DNA from: an uncultured virus (IMG/VR IMGVR_UViG_3300044825_003036)
Lineage: Duplodnaviria; Heunggongvirae; Uroviricota; Caudoviricetes
Direction: 5' to 3' (one strand)
Length of the DNA stretch: 64,000 nucleotides
Virus record (IMG/VR): IMGVR_UViG_3300044825_003036
Under the pieces are notes generated by a model that searched no databases, was not told the DNA's origin, and saw only the letters and a list, made by a program, of their open reading frames with translations. Positions 1-8,589 of the stretch are shown here, in pieces. Both the position numbers and the translations under genes were made by a program. Within the stretch, counting starts at the first letter, position 1; each line of letters starts with the position of its first letter.

Positions 1-27
1 TGACCTGACTCGTGCATGTGATCTCTT

Positions 28-657
28 TTGCTGCCCCCCACAGCGAACGGCCGGCGGCATGGGTGGCCCCGATGTCGGAGGTGCGCTGTGACCGACGAAA
101 GTGTCTGCTCGGTCTGCTCGCGCCTCATCGGCTTTGGCGACGAGGAGCGGTTTGAACCGCCCGTGAACCTCGCCCGGTGCCCCGCTCCCGGTGGTATGGA
201 GTGCCGAGCCGTCGCGCAAGCGGTTGCCCCGCTCCGACGCGAGAACGAGGTCCTGCGTTCCAACAGCGACCACCTCAGCTCCGAGAACGCCTCGCTGGCC
301 AGCCAGGTCGAGTCGATGGCGTTGCGCATCGAGAGTCTCGCCGAGGAGCTGGCGAAGCCTGAGGATGTGAGGCTCCGCGAGGTGCTCGACGCGCTGGACG
401 GGCGCGCGGTCATCTTCGACGACCTAGGGGCGCGCGTCAGGCATTTGCTCGACGAGATGGACGAGTGGATCGGTCGGGCCGGCGCTGCCGAACGGAGACT
501 CAAAAAGGCCGAAGAGGTCGTGATGCTGGCCCGTCAGTTGACAGCCTACAGCTGGGAGGATCGCCTGGAAGACTGCGAGGTCAGCGACGCCGCGAAGCAC
601 GATTCGAGAGAGCTGAGCACTGCAATCTGGTTCTACGACCAAGAGGAGAAGTCGTGA
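28..657 (+). CDS. Hypothetical protein with N-terminal Cys motifs and a central coiled coil (real start probably GTG 88)
   Basis: Long ORF with phage-like codon usage; its stop overlaps the next start (GTGA at 654-657). Confidence 0.55.
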   Translation: MLPPTANGRRHGWPRCRRCAVTDESVCSVCSRLIGFGDEERFEPPVNLARCPAPGGMECRAVAQAVAPLRRENEVLRSNSDHLSSENASLASQVESMALRIESLAEELAKPEDVRLREVLDALDGRAVIFDDLGARVRHLLDEMDEWIGRAGAAERRLKKAEEVVMLARQLTAYSWEDRLEDCEVSDAAKHDSRELSTAIWFYDQEEKS

Positions 658-944
658 GCGCGGCGGCGTACAGACGAGGCTCGCGCCTCTTGTCCAGCGA
701 GGCAGATAAGCGCATGCCGGCGGCTTTGTCCCATGCGGACAGGCAGGCCCGCAAAGACGAGGTTTCCAGGTTGCGTGAGCTGGTCGCCGCACTGGAGCGC
801 GATCTGCGTCGGGCGCGCCGATGCCTCGCCTCCGAGCGAGCAGGCCGCGAGGCCCTCCGCGTTCGACTCGCTAACGAGGAGCGGGCAAATGCCTTTGGCG
901 TGGGTGTCCTGTGCAGGCTCGCGTTTCCTGGAGACGAATCATGA
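654..944 (+). CDS. Hypothetical coiled-coil protein
   Basis: GTGA overlap with the upstream gene; frame of ORF 465..944. Confidence 0.45.
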   Translation: MSAAAYRRGSRLLSSEADKRMPAALSHADRQARKDEVSRLRELVAALERDLRRARRCLASERAGREALRVRLANEERANAFGVGVLCRLAFPGDES

Positions 945-962
945 GTTCGTGCAGAGCAACGA

Positions 963-1355
963 ATGCGAAGCCGGGCCAAGAATTCGATCTTACTGACTCA
1001 GGCCAGCGACACTGGTTTTTTGACCTGGCAGGTTTGGGCCCAGGAGTTGCCGCTTACTCACGTGGAGAAGGTGACGCGGGCAGCGTTTGATCTTTGGTGG
1101 GATTCGCTTTTTGGGAGGACTGAGCCTGAAGTGGCGCCAGCCAGCTGCTGGCCACATGGCAATGGTGGGTGCTGGAGGACAGCGCAAGCGACCCCGACGT
1201 GCGATCGAGGACCGAAGACAATGCGCTCATGTGTTCGCGACATGAACCAACGGTGGTTTCGCGATGAGTCCGGCTACCCCAATCCCTGTAAGGACCAAGT
1301 TCGGCTCCATGGAGGGGCCGACTCGTTCGACAACCGAGCCGAAACCAAACTCTAG
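963..1355 (+). CDS. Hypothetical protein
   Basis: ORF fills the gap before the promoter/leader at about 1350-1410. Confidence 0.4.
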   Translation: MRSRAKNSILLTQASDTGFLTWQVWAQELPLTHVEKVTRAAFDLWWDSLFGRTEPEVAPASCWPHGNGGCWRTAQATPTCDRGPKTMRSCVRDMNQRWFRDESGYPNPCKDQVRLHGGADSFDNRAETKL

Positions 1356-1413
1356 CCTCCCGAAAGTCGGGAGCAGAAAGCCGCAAAGGCGGCAACGAAA
1401 GGAAAGAGAACCA

Positions 1414-1761
1414 ATGAGTGGAAGACAAGCAACGCGCTCGGCGCGGAGACCGAGTGGACGAGCCCGCCAAACCGTAGAGGACACGCCCAGCCCACCCCCG
1501 CCCTCAACGGATGGGATGCCCATGGCCGGGGTGACGTTCACGCGCTCTTACCAGTTGAGCAAGGGCGAGACTGGGATCGAGATCTTGGGTGAGGAGTACG
1601 ACGAGGACAGCGTGGGAAACAGGCACCTGACACCGGTTGCGTGCTGGAGCCCTATGGGGGGGTTCGAACTGAGCAGGCGGGAGTTCTTGGCCGATAGGCT
1701 GTACCCCGATGAAGTCGCCATCTTGGCCCGAGCTTGCTGCGAGGTCTGGGCGCGGCCGTGA
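1414..1761 (+). CDS. Hypothetical protein
   Basis: ATG 1414 follows a hairpin + AACGAAAGGA leader; in frame with ORF 1264..1761. Confidence 0.6.
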   Translation: MSGRQATRSARRPSGRARQTVEDTPSPPPPSTDGMPMAGVTFTRSYQLSKGETGIEILGEEYDEDSVGNRHLTPVACWSPMGGFELSRREFLADRLYPDEVAILARACCEVWARP

Positions 1762-1839
1762 GCTATATTGGGGTGGAGTTTCGGCCTATAGGGTTCCCCC
1801 CTCTGGGCCAAACTCTGGGGGACGAAAGGAGAGCAAGTC

Positions 1840-2115
1840 ATGGACGAAACAACCGAGAAGACGCGGGCGGCGGTCGAGCCAGGGACGCGGCTTTACCAAG
1901 CCGCAAAAGCGGTTCTGGCACTGTCATTGGTCGAGCGACGCGCGCTGGAGATCGTGGTCACTGCAGACAGCGGGGGTTACGGGGAGGGCCAGCATGCGGC
2001 CGCTTACGACATGTGGGTTTTGGCCGACGCTCTACTGACGAGCCTAGTGGCACACGGAGACATGCGAGATCCCGGCCTGGGCAAACGCACGTCAGAGGAA
2101 GGCGGTGGGGTGTGA
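1840..2115 (+). CDS. Hypothetical protein
   Basis: Preceded by TAGGGT and an ACGAAAGGAG SD. Confidence 0.65.
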   Translation: MDETTEKTRAAVEPGTRLYQAAKAVLALSLVERRALEIVVTADSGGYGEGQHAAAYDMWVLADALLTSLVAHGDMRDPGLGKRTSEEGGGV

Positions 2116-2369
2116 GCGTGAGATCCAAGAGGTTCACATTGGCGGTTTTGGTCACAAGTGAGTCCGTTCACCGTGGGCTAGCTGTGAAAGGCGAAGCGCT
2201 TCTGCGATATGGCGACGGCGGCGCCCGTCGATTTACCGTCGAGAGAACGTTCGACGTTCTGGAGCGGATAGACGTGCCTTCTGTTGAGGCGATGGTGGTG
2301 GGGGAATTGGCCACAATGGCTTGTGAAGAAGCGCCAGTAGTGGAGCCAGAACCGGCGGTGAAAGCATGA
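2112..2369 (+). CDS. Hypothetical protein
   Basis: GTGA/ATGA overlaps on both sides. Confidence 0.5.
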   Translation: MSVRSKRFTLAVLVTSESVHRGLAVKGEALLRYGDGGARRFTVERTFDVLERIDVPSVEAMVVGELATMACEEAPVVEPEPAVKA

Positions 2370-2596
2370 GCGCCAAGAAGTTCACCCTGGAAGTCTCGAT
2401 TGAGGTCAACGAAACCAAGGGCGACGTCCGGATCAAGGGGACCGCTGTTGGGGTCTACGAAAACGGGATGCGAGGCAAGTTCACTAGTGGGGACCGCGTC
2501 GATGCTGCGGCGATTCGTGGGGGGGCTTCGGTCTCTGCCGTGGCGGAGCAGGTAGCGGCTAACCTAGCCAAGCTGGCCTATCGGAGCTTGCCGTGA
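2366..2596 (+). CDS. Hypothetical protein, weakly paralogous to 2112..2369 (KxFTLxV start)
   Basis: ATGA overlap; similar N-terminus. Confidence 0.55.
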   Translation: MSAKKFTLEVSIEVNETKGDVRIKGTAVGVYENGMRGKFTSGDRVDAAAIRGGASVSAVAEQVAANLAKLAYRSLP

Positions 2597-2958
2597 GCGA
2601 GCCACAGCGACGGTGCCCGTCTTGCGGACTCCCATTGGCTCAAGGGGCGGTCTGCGGGTGTAATAGCCGGCGATGGGGTGCTGGCGCTTCGGCTCCCCGC
2701 GGCTTGGCTCGCTTGAACGCAACGAACTGCACCATTCACCCAGCCGAGATCTTGGAAAAGTTCCAGGCGCGTTACTGCAAGTGCGCCACATCGCACGGTG
2801 ACGACGGGTTCGCGCAGGTTGACTGCCCGACGTGCCAGCGGCCGCCCAATGAGTGGCCCCATAGGCTTCAGCGCCTGCTGGTGCTATCTCGCAGGCTCTT
2901 GCCGCGGTGGCGCGCCGCTGGAGTGCGCGAGTTGCTTGCCGCGGCTGATCGGCGATGA
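2593..2958 (+). CDS. Hypothetical Cys-rich (zinc-binding) protein
   Basis: CxxC motifs; GTGA overlap. Confidence 0.5.
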   Translation: MSEPQRRCPSCGLPLAQGAVCGCNSRRWGAGASAPRGLARLNATNCTIHPAEILEKFQARYCKCATSHGDDGFAQVDCPTCQRPPNEWPHRLQRLLVLSRRLLPRWRAAGVRELLAAADRR

Positions 2959-2964
2959 TAGCTT
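2936..2964 (+). promoter_or_regulatory. Sigma70-type promoter
   Basis: TTGCCG-17 bp-TAGCTT with extended TG, followed by the hairpin/SD leader. Confidence 0.7.
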
Positions 2965-3002
2965 GACGACTCGGAGCGCTTTGGCTCCAACGAAAGGACA
3001 AC

Positions 3003-3779
3003 ATGACAACGATAGAAGAGGCAAAAGCCGCTCGCGTCGAATTGCGAGCCCGCTTTCTGGTTGAGGGGTTTGCGCCGGTGATCAAGGCGACGGGCATCGT
3101 GCAGGATGCTGACTTCCGGCATGGGACGCCGGAAGAGGACTGGGCGAACGTGACGCAGCTGGCGATTGCATTGCTGGTCTCAGATTTGGTGGTGAGTCCA
3201 CGACTGTGGCTGCTCGGCGCTTGCGAGCTTTTGGAGGAGATCGCACCAATCGCCCCAGGCATGGCCACACTAGTGGAGTGCTACCGGTCCCAGGTTTTGG
3301 GCGATGCCCCGGCGCCAGCGCCAGCGGTCAAGATTTCGCTGCTCGGCGCGGTCGACGCTCTGTTGGGATCCCACGGTTGCAGTCGCCACGAGATGGGCCT
3401 GTCGATTATCACGGCGGCAATGTCCGGACTGCCGGAGGAGATGGCTTGGTGGGGCGGCGCAATCTCTTTGCCGTGCGACAAGCGTGCCGTCTATCTCGCG
3501 CTGCGCTCTCTTGTGGGCGTAGGATCGTTGATCTCGGATTGGGCGCATGACGGGATGTTGAATATCGATCGGGTGGTCGGTGTGGCGCGAGACACGCATG
3601 CAGCGCTCTCGTTCAGTAAGATGCCGGCCGACAAGGTCGACGACGTCCCTCTTTTTGAGGCGCTTTCGACGGCCGCCAACGCCACGTTGGTGCGGCGGTT
3701 CAAGGGAGTACTCACGATCGAGGCGATGCGCTCGGACATGGTGTTCGTCACTGCTCCAGGTGCTAGAGGGCAGGCATGA
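3003..3779 (+). CDS. Hypothetical protein
   Basis: 258 aa ORF behind the hairpin-AACGAAAGGACAA leader. Confidence 0.7.
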   Translation: MTTIEEAKAARVELRARFLVEGFAPVIKATGIVQDADFRHGTPEEDWANVTQLAIALLVSDLVVSPRLWLLGACELLEEIAPIAPGMATLVECYRSQVLGDAPAPAPAVKISLLGAVDALLGSHGCSRHEMGLSIITAAMSGLPEEMAWWGGAISLPCDKRAVYLALRSLVGVGSLISDWAHDGMLNIDRVVGVARDTHAALSFSKMPADKVDDVPLFEALSTAANATLVRRFKGVLTIEAMRSDMVFVTAPGARGQA

Positions 3780-4390
3780 GCGAACTGGAGTACGAGTACA
3801 GCGAGCAGGGCGAGGCCCAGGACCAGTATTTCACGAGCAGAGACTTGGCTCGGCGGATTGCGGACTGGGCGGAGCTCTCGCGCGGGCAGAGCGTGTTGGA
3901 GCCGAGTGCGGGGGACGGTGGCCTGGTCCGAGCGTTCCCAATGAACGTGCGGGTGACGGCTGTGGAGCGGGACCCGGCAATGTGCGCGCGGCTCCGGGAG
4001 ATTCGTCACCCGGCGCTAGAGGTGCACGAGGGCGACTTCCTGGCGTGGAAGCCCAGGCGTGACGCGTTCGACGTCGCGATCATGAACTCGCCCTACGCCA
4101 ACGGCGCGGACGGCTCTCACGCTGCTCACGCGCTGCGGTTCGCCAATCGAGTGATCTGCCTGGTGCGGACCAACTTTGAATACGGCAAGGGGCGATACAA
4201 CCAACTGTTCCGCTGGGCCACGGTCACGCGGCGCGCAATCCTGGTGGGACGCCCCGAGTTCTACGGCCCGGCCTGCAAGGGCCACACGGCACGCCACGAC
4301 TACGTGGTGTTGGAGTTGATGCGGCGCGACCGTGACCGAATCGAAGATCCGAGCTCGGACCCCGTCGAAACGGAATGGTGGACGTCGTGA
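3776..4390 (+). CDS. SAM-dependent amino-methyltransferase (probably N6-adenine DNA MTase)
   Basis: QYFTS, motif I VLEPSAGDG, GDFL, motif IV variant MNSPY (NPPY-like). Confidence 0.8.
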   Translation: MSELEYEYSEQGEAQDQYFTSRDLARRIADWAELSRGQSVLEPSAGDGGLVRAFPMNVRVTAVERDPAMCARLREIRHPALEVHEGDFLAWKPRRDAFDVAIMNSPYANGADGSHAAHALRFANRVICLVRTNFEYGKGRYNQLFRWATVTRRAILVGRPEFYGPACKGHTARHDYVVLELMRRDRDRIEDPSSDPVETEWWTS

Positions 4391-5226
4391 CGACGACGCC
4401 GGATTGGGCTGGAACCCCAAGTGTTGTGAGCGTGCCTGCGGAGGTGCTCCTGGTTGAGACCAGGACGAGTTTTGCGCTCGACGTCTATCAACTCTTGGGG
4501 TTCGTGCACTCGCCGACTGGTGAGGTGTACGATCCGTTCGTGGATGGGTGGCGCCCTGGGATCCATCAGGGTCGACTGAAGTTCATCGCCTTTGGCGGCG
4601 CGGTGACGTCGGAGGGCTCCAGCGTCGAGGTGGCAGAGGACGCGACGGGCGACGGCCTCGTCTTCAGCGTGCACAACGGTCACCGCGTCCGCGTCGACTG
4701 GGACAAGCTACTGGTCACAGACGAGGCCTACCGTGTGGGCAATGCGCTCGCGCAGATCCGGCTGGACACGACGCCCCAGGCGATTCCCAAAAAGCCAGAC
4801 ACGATATGGCAGCATTTTGGCGTGATGCCTGGTGTTTTGCCGCCACGGTCCAAGTCGCTCGACGCGGCGGCGCATTTGGTTGGAAAGGACGGCAAGATGT
4901 TGACGGCAGAGAACTACGACATTGCGTTTATCGGTGACGAAGAGCTGGACGAGGCGCGCGCGGCGATCGTCGCTGGGCGAAGCGAGGGGCTCTGGTTTGA
5001 GCACGGGACGCTTTGCGGGATTTTCTACGAGAGCGAGCTCCGAATGGTCTGCCGTCAAAAGCCGGGCTCGTGCGCGAAGGAGCTGGCTCTGGCTTCCGCT
5101 CGTTCGGTGTTCACAAGGATGTTGCTCGGAGAGTTCGAGAGCGCGCCGATCCGATCAACTGGTGTGTCTGAGGAGGCTTTGCGGACGCTTCCGCAGATGT
5201 TGAGGGATGCGAGGAGCAAGTCATGA
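4375..5226 (+). CDS. Hypothetical protein
   Basis: 283 aa ORF overlapping both neighbours. Confidence 0.65.
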   Translation: MVDVVTTTPDWAGTPSVVSVPAEVLLVETRTSFALDVYQLLGFVHSPTGEVYDPFVDGWRPGIHQGRLKFIAFGGAVTSEGSSVEVAEDATGDGLVFSVHNGHRVRVDWDKLLVTDEAYRVGNALAQIRLDTTPQAIPKKPDTIWQHFGVMPGVLPPRSKSLDAAAHLVGKDGKMLTAENYDIAFIGDEELDEARAAIVAGRSEGLWFEHGTLCGIFYESELRMVCRQKPGSCAKELALASARSVFTRMLLGEFESAPIRSTGVSEEALRTLPQMLRDARSKS

Positions 5227-5471
5227 GAAATGTTCTAATTTCTGTCCGACCGGTTGAATTCACGTTGTTTTTTGCGATGGGCGCAGGGGCGGTTGAGGTA
5301 ACCGCAAAAGGGACCGATGCTCCCCTCTATAAAGGGTGGTGGGATCCAGCAGTTGGCCTAAAAAAGGCATCAGGCGATCTGAGCCTGTCTGCGGAACAGA
5401 TTCGGTTGTTGTCAGCCATGTGCGCACGTGAATGGTTGGCCGCTCAGCCAGCAGATGAAGAGGGGTCATGA
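5223..5471 (+). CDS. Hypothetical protein (lower GC than its flanks)
   Basis: ATGA overlaps on both sides. Confidence 0.5.
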   Translation: MRNVLISVRPVEFTLFFAMGAGAVEVTAKGTDAPLYKGWWDPAVGLKKASGDLSLSAEQIRLLSAMCAREWLAAQPADEEGS

Positions 5472-5833
5472 AGCGAGGCGGGGCTATGAACCCAGGGTGG
5501 CGAGCCTTGCGGCTGGCCGTTGGTTTGAGCTTCAACAGCGCAGTGGCGCTGTTGAGGTCTTCAGGTCCTGATCGAATCTCAGCCGTTCGGCTTGGCCAAA
5601 TCGAGCGCGGAGTGATGGCTGGGCCGAGCGTGCTTGAGCTCATGACCTTGGCCATGGTGTACGGTGCTGAATGGGAGCGGCAGCATCCGCAGACCCATCG
5701 GCCTTTCAGGATTCCTGTGCAAGATGGCCCAGTCCAGTGTCTAGGGTGTGGGGCTTGGATGGCCTACGGCGCGGTCACGACCAACGAGGCGACGCAGCTT
5801 TGCTACAAGTGCGAGAACGGCGGCACAGAGTGA
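5468..5833 (+). CDS. XRE-like HTH protein with a C-terminal zinc ribbon
   Basis: LRLAVGLS...ISAVRLGQIERG...PSVLEL, then CLGC/CYKC. Confidence 0.6.
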   Translation: MKRGGAMNPGWRALRLAVGLSFNSAVALLRSSGPDRISAVRLGQIERGVMAGPSVLELMTLAMVYGAEWERQHPQTHRPFRIPVQDGPVQCLGCGAWMAYGAVTTNEATQLCYKCENGGTE

Positions 5834-6187
5834 CAACAACGGCAGAGATCCGGGCGCTCACGGATAGGCTTCAGACCGTGGCGCGCCCAGTGGGCCGCTA
5901 CCACGTCCACGTTCACCAATCGCAGCTGACATGGCTCTTGAGCAAGCGTTCGCGTCCCTCGGTCGTTGCGACGATTCAAGAGCCCACCCCCTGGGACTCT
6001 GGACTTCGAGCGCTCGCGGCTGTTGTGGCTTTTGCGCCAAAAGGTCCGGCGTGCAGAGATCGCCCAGCTCTTCTCCGCTCTCGTTGATTCTCCGGCTGTG
6101 TTGGAGTTGGGGCTGGGTGAGCCGCTGTTTCCTGGCCTTTTGGGGCTATGAAAACTCGGGCAGCCGCGACGGCGACTCTCCTCGTTC

Positions 6188-6216
6188 TTGCTGAGGCGAG
6201 GTCGTGGCGGTAGGGT
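6188..6216 (+). promoter_or_regulatory. Sigma70-type promoter upstream of terL
   Basis: TTGCTG-17 bp-TAGGGT. Confidence 0.6.
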
Positions 6217-6222
6217 CTAGGC

Positions 6223-7767
6223 CTGATCAACCGAACCTCCACTGAGGCCCTGCGGGTATCGCATGGGCCGCGCAACAAGCGCGCTCCGAAGGCGGAGCGC
6301 CTCCGGGCAGAGGCAGAGGCGAAGCGGGCCGAGCTACTGGAGGAGGCTCGGCACTCGGCGCCAGCGTTTATCGAGTACGCGCTTCGCAACGAGGTGGACG
6401 GCTCGCGGCTGGTCAACACGGCGTTTCACCGTGAGTGGCACGCGCACTTTGACGCCAACCCATACGGCGTCCTGATCGCGCCAGTCGAGCACGCCAAGAC
6501 CCAGCAGATCAGCGTGGGGCGTGTGCTCTGGCGCCTCGGGACCGACCCGACTCGGACGATCGCCCTGATTCAGGGCACGGAGAAGATGGCGCAGAAAACG
6601 CTCGGGCAGATCCGAGCGCTGATCGAGCGCAACCCGCGGGTTCAGGAGGTGTTTCCCGACCTAAAGCGCAGCCCAGTCCGAGGCGATCCGTGGACGCAGA
6701 GCCAGATCACGGTTGAGCGCGCGACGTTCGCCAAGGACCCGTCCATTCAGGCGCGCGGCGTGTTCGGGGATATCGTCGGCTCGCGCCTTTCGGACATTGT
6801 CCTGGACGACGTGCTCACGTTCGAGAACACGCGGACGAGCGAGCAGCGCAAGAAGCTGATCGAGTGGTTCGATACCACGGTGTTTACGCGCCTCCTGCCA
6901 GGTGGCGTGATCTGGGTGATCGGAACGCCGTGGCACCCTGAGGACCTGCTCCACGAGCTCTCCAAGCGCCCAGGCTTCGCGTCGAAGCGCTACTCGGCCG
7001 TGCGCAACCCAGACGACCCCGCCAGCCGCTGGGTCACGATGTGGCCAGAGCAGTGGGACCTGCCGCGCCTCCAAAACCGTCGGGACAACATGCCCGAGGG
7101 GACGTTCATCCGGAAATACCTCTGCCGGGTGCGGCTCGACTCGACGTCGCGCTTTCGCAAGCTGTGGCTCGATCGGATGTGCCAGCTCGGCGTGGGGCGA
7201 ACCTTCTACGCCGAGCAACCCCGCGCCTACCATCGCGGCCCGCCGCTGCTGTGCTTCACCGGTGTGGACTTGGCGATCGGCGACACGGACGACTCAGCTC
7301 AGACGTGCCTGTTCACGCTCGCGCTCATGCCCGATGGACGGCGGCTGGTGGTTGATATCGAGTCAGGGCGCTGGCAGGCGCCGGAGATCCTGGACCGGAT
7401 TTACTCGGCACACCGGCGCTACAAGGGCGAGATTCACGTGGAGAGCAACGCGGCGCAGAAGTTCCTGGTCCAGATCGCCAACGGCCAGGTGCCGGTGACG
7501 GCGCACCATACCGGGCAAAACAAGTGGTCCGCGGAGTTTGGCGTGGAGTCGCTCGCGGTCGAGATCCGAAACGGACAGTGGATCATGCCGTCGGGGCTCT
7601 CGGGGGAGAGCGTACCCGACGAGGGCAAGGCGTTCATTTCGGAGTGTCTGCACTTCAACCCGACCGAGCACACTGGAGACCGTTTGATGGCCGCGTGGAT
7701 CGCGCGGGAAGCGCTCCGCAAGTTCAGCTCGCCACGGGCTGGGCGGCTTGATACACAACAGCGATGA
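6223..7767 (+). CDS. terL: Terminase large subunit (start uncertain; the ORF track starts at GTG 6394)
   Basis: Walker A variant APVEHAKT, Walker B IVLDD, GTPWHPED coupling motif, nuclease GVDLA...GDRLMA; the frame is open from 6214. Confidence 0.92.
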   Translation: MINRTSTEALRVSHGPRNKRAPKAERLRAEAEAKRAELLEEARHSAPAFIEYALRNEVDGSRLVNTAFHREWHAHFDANPYGVLIAPVEHAKTQQISVGRVLWRLGTDPTRTIALIQGTEKMAQKTLGQIRALIERNPRVQEVFPDLKRSPVRGDPWTQSQITVERATFAKDPSIQARGVFGDIVGSRLSDIVLDDVLTFENTRTSEQRKKLIEWFDTTVFTRLLPGGVIWVIGTPWHPEDLLHELSKRPGFASKRYSAVRNPDDPASRWVTMWPEQWDLPRLQNRRDNMPEGTFIRKYLCRVRLDSTSRFRKLWLDRMCQLGVGRTFYAEQPRAYHRGPPLLCFTGVDLAIGDTDDSAQTCLFTLALMPDGRRLVVDIESGRWQAPEILDRIYSAHRRYKGEIHVESNAAQKFLVQIANGQVPVTAHHTGQNKWSAEFGVESLAVEIRNGQWIMPSGLSGESVPDEGKAFISECLHFNPTEHTGDRLMAAWIAREALRKFSSPRAGRLDTQQR

Positions 7768-8015
7768 GCGACGTATCGCGCTTACGCCCTGTTGATCCAG
7801 AGCCGGTCCCTGAGGTTGTGGAGGTTTTGGAGCAGCTGTTGGTGGACGCCAAAGACCAAGGGGCTGAGATCAAGTGGTTTTGGTTGGCTGGCAAAAACCA
7901 CGAGAACGAGATCCCTGTTTCAAAAACTGAGCTTGAACAACGGGCGATAGCTGGTGGGGTCGCTCGTTCGTTCTACCAGCTCCAGGGAAGCACGCGGGGC
8001 AAAGATGGGGAGTAG
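7764..8015 (+). CDS. Small hypothetical protein (C-terminal half may be frameshifted)
   Basis: ATGA overlap with terL; plausible N-terminus. Confidence 0.45.
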   Translation: MSDVSRLRPVDPEPVPEVVEVLEQLLVDAKDQGAEIKWFWLAGKNHENEIPVSKTELEQRAIAGGVARSFYQLQGSTRGKDGE

Positions 8016-8110
8016 GCTGCTCTCCCTCGTCGCTCTTCACCGGTTGCAGCGCGGCAAGCTGACGGCGCTGGAGGCGGTGGCGCTGTCGATGGTTGCGCAA
8101 GCGGCAGTAC

Positions 8111-8139
8111 TCGCCAGGCGCGCGGCGCGGTGATAGCTT
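8111..8139 (+). promoter_or_regulatory. Extended -10 promoter giving an apparently leaderless mRNA
   Basis: TCGCCA-17 bp-TAGCTT, 6 nt before ATG 8146, no SD. Confidence 0.55.
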
Positions 8140-8145
8140 GGCGGG

Positions 8146-8589
8146 ATGCGACTGCCCTTTCGAATCCCGCTCGGTGCCGCCGAAACCAATCCCAACCCTC
8201 GTAGCTCTCCGACGACGGTCCCGGAGAAGAACCTGATCTTGATCCCCGACGTCGAGACGGGGACTGATGAATCGCCCAAGTCGCTAGTGTTGGTGTTGGA
8301 AGGGACGGCGGCCAACACGGCTGTGGTTCAGCCTTGGATCGTCGACGATACCGTCAATCCCAAGAATCTGCAGTTTGCGGAAGAGTTCGTCACCGAAAAG
8401 GCGAACCGGAAGTACTACCAGTACGGCACGGCTGTTACCCTGACGGTGGGAGTCGCTCAGCTGCTGGTTGGCACGGCGGGCGCGTCGACGACGGTGCCGC
8501 TCCCCGCGCCCAAAGGCCGTGTTTACCTGCAGGTGACGACCGGGCCGGCGGCAGCTGCTGATCTCAAGGTGGGCTGGCTGGGCGCCTGA
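8146..8589 (+). CDS. Hypothetical beta-rich protein, possibly virion-associated
   Basis: 147 aa ORF whose stop overlaps the portal start. Confidence 0.65.
   Translation: MRLPFRIPLGAAETNPNPRSSPTTVPEKNLILIPDVETGTDESPKSLVLVLEGTAANTAVVQPWIVDDTVNPKNLQFAEEFVTEKANRKYYQYGTAVTLTVGVAQLLVGTAGASTTVPLPAPKGRVYLQVTTGPAAAADLKVGWLGA

Noticed and set aside
5830..6151. Gene apparently split over three frames
   Set aside because: No slippery site. One of several local frame breaks (also about 7900-8015, 14686-15200, 20970-21150 and 62898-62935) best explained by indel noise or decay until reads are checked.
6148..6213. Short ORF in frame with terL across a TAG (possible amber recoding)
   Set aside because: The TAG is part of a well-spaced -10 box, many genes end in TAG, and there is no suppressor tRNA.
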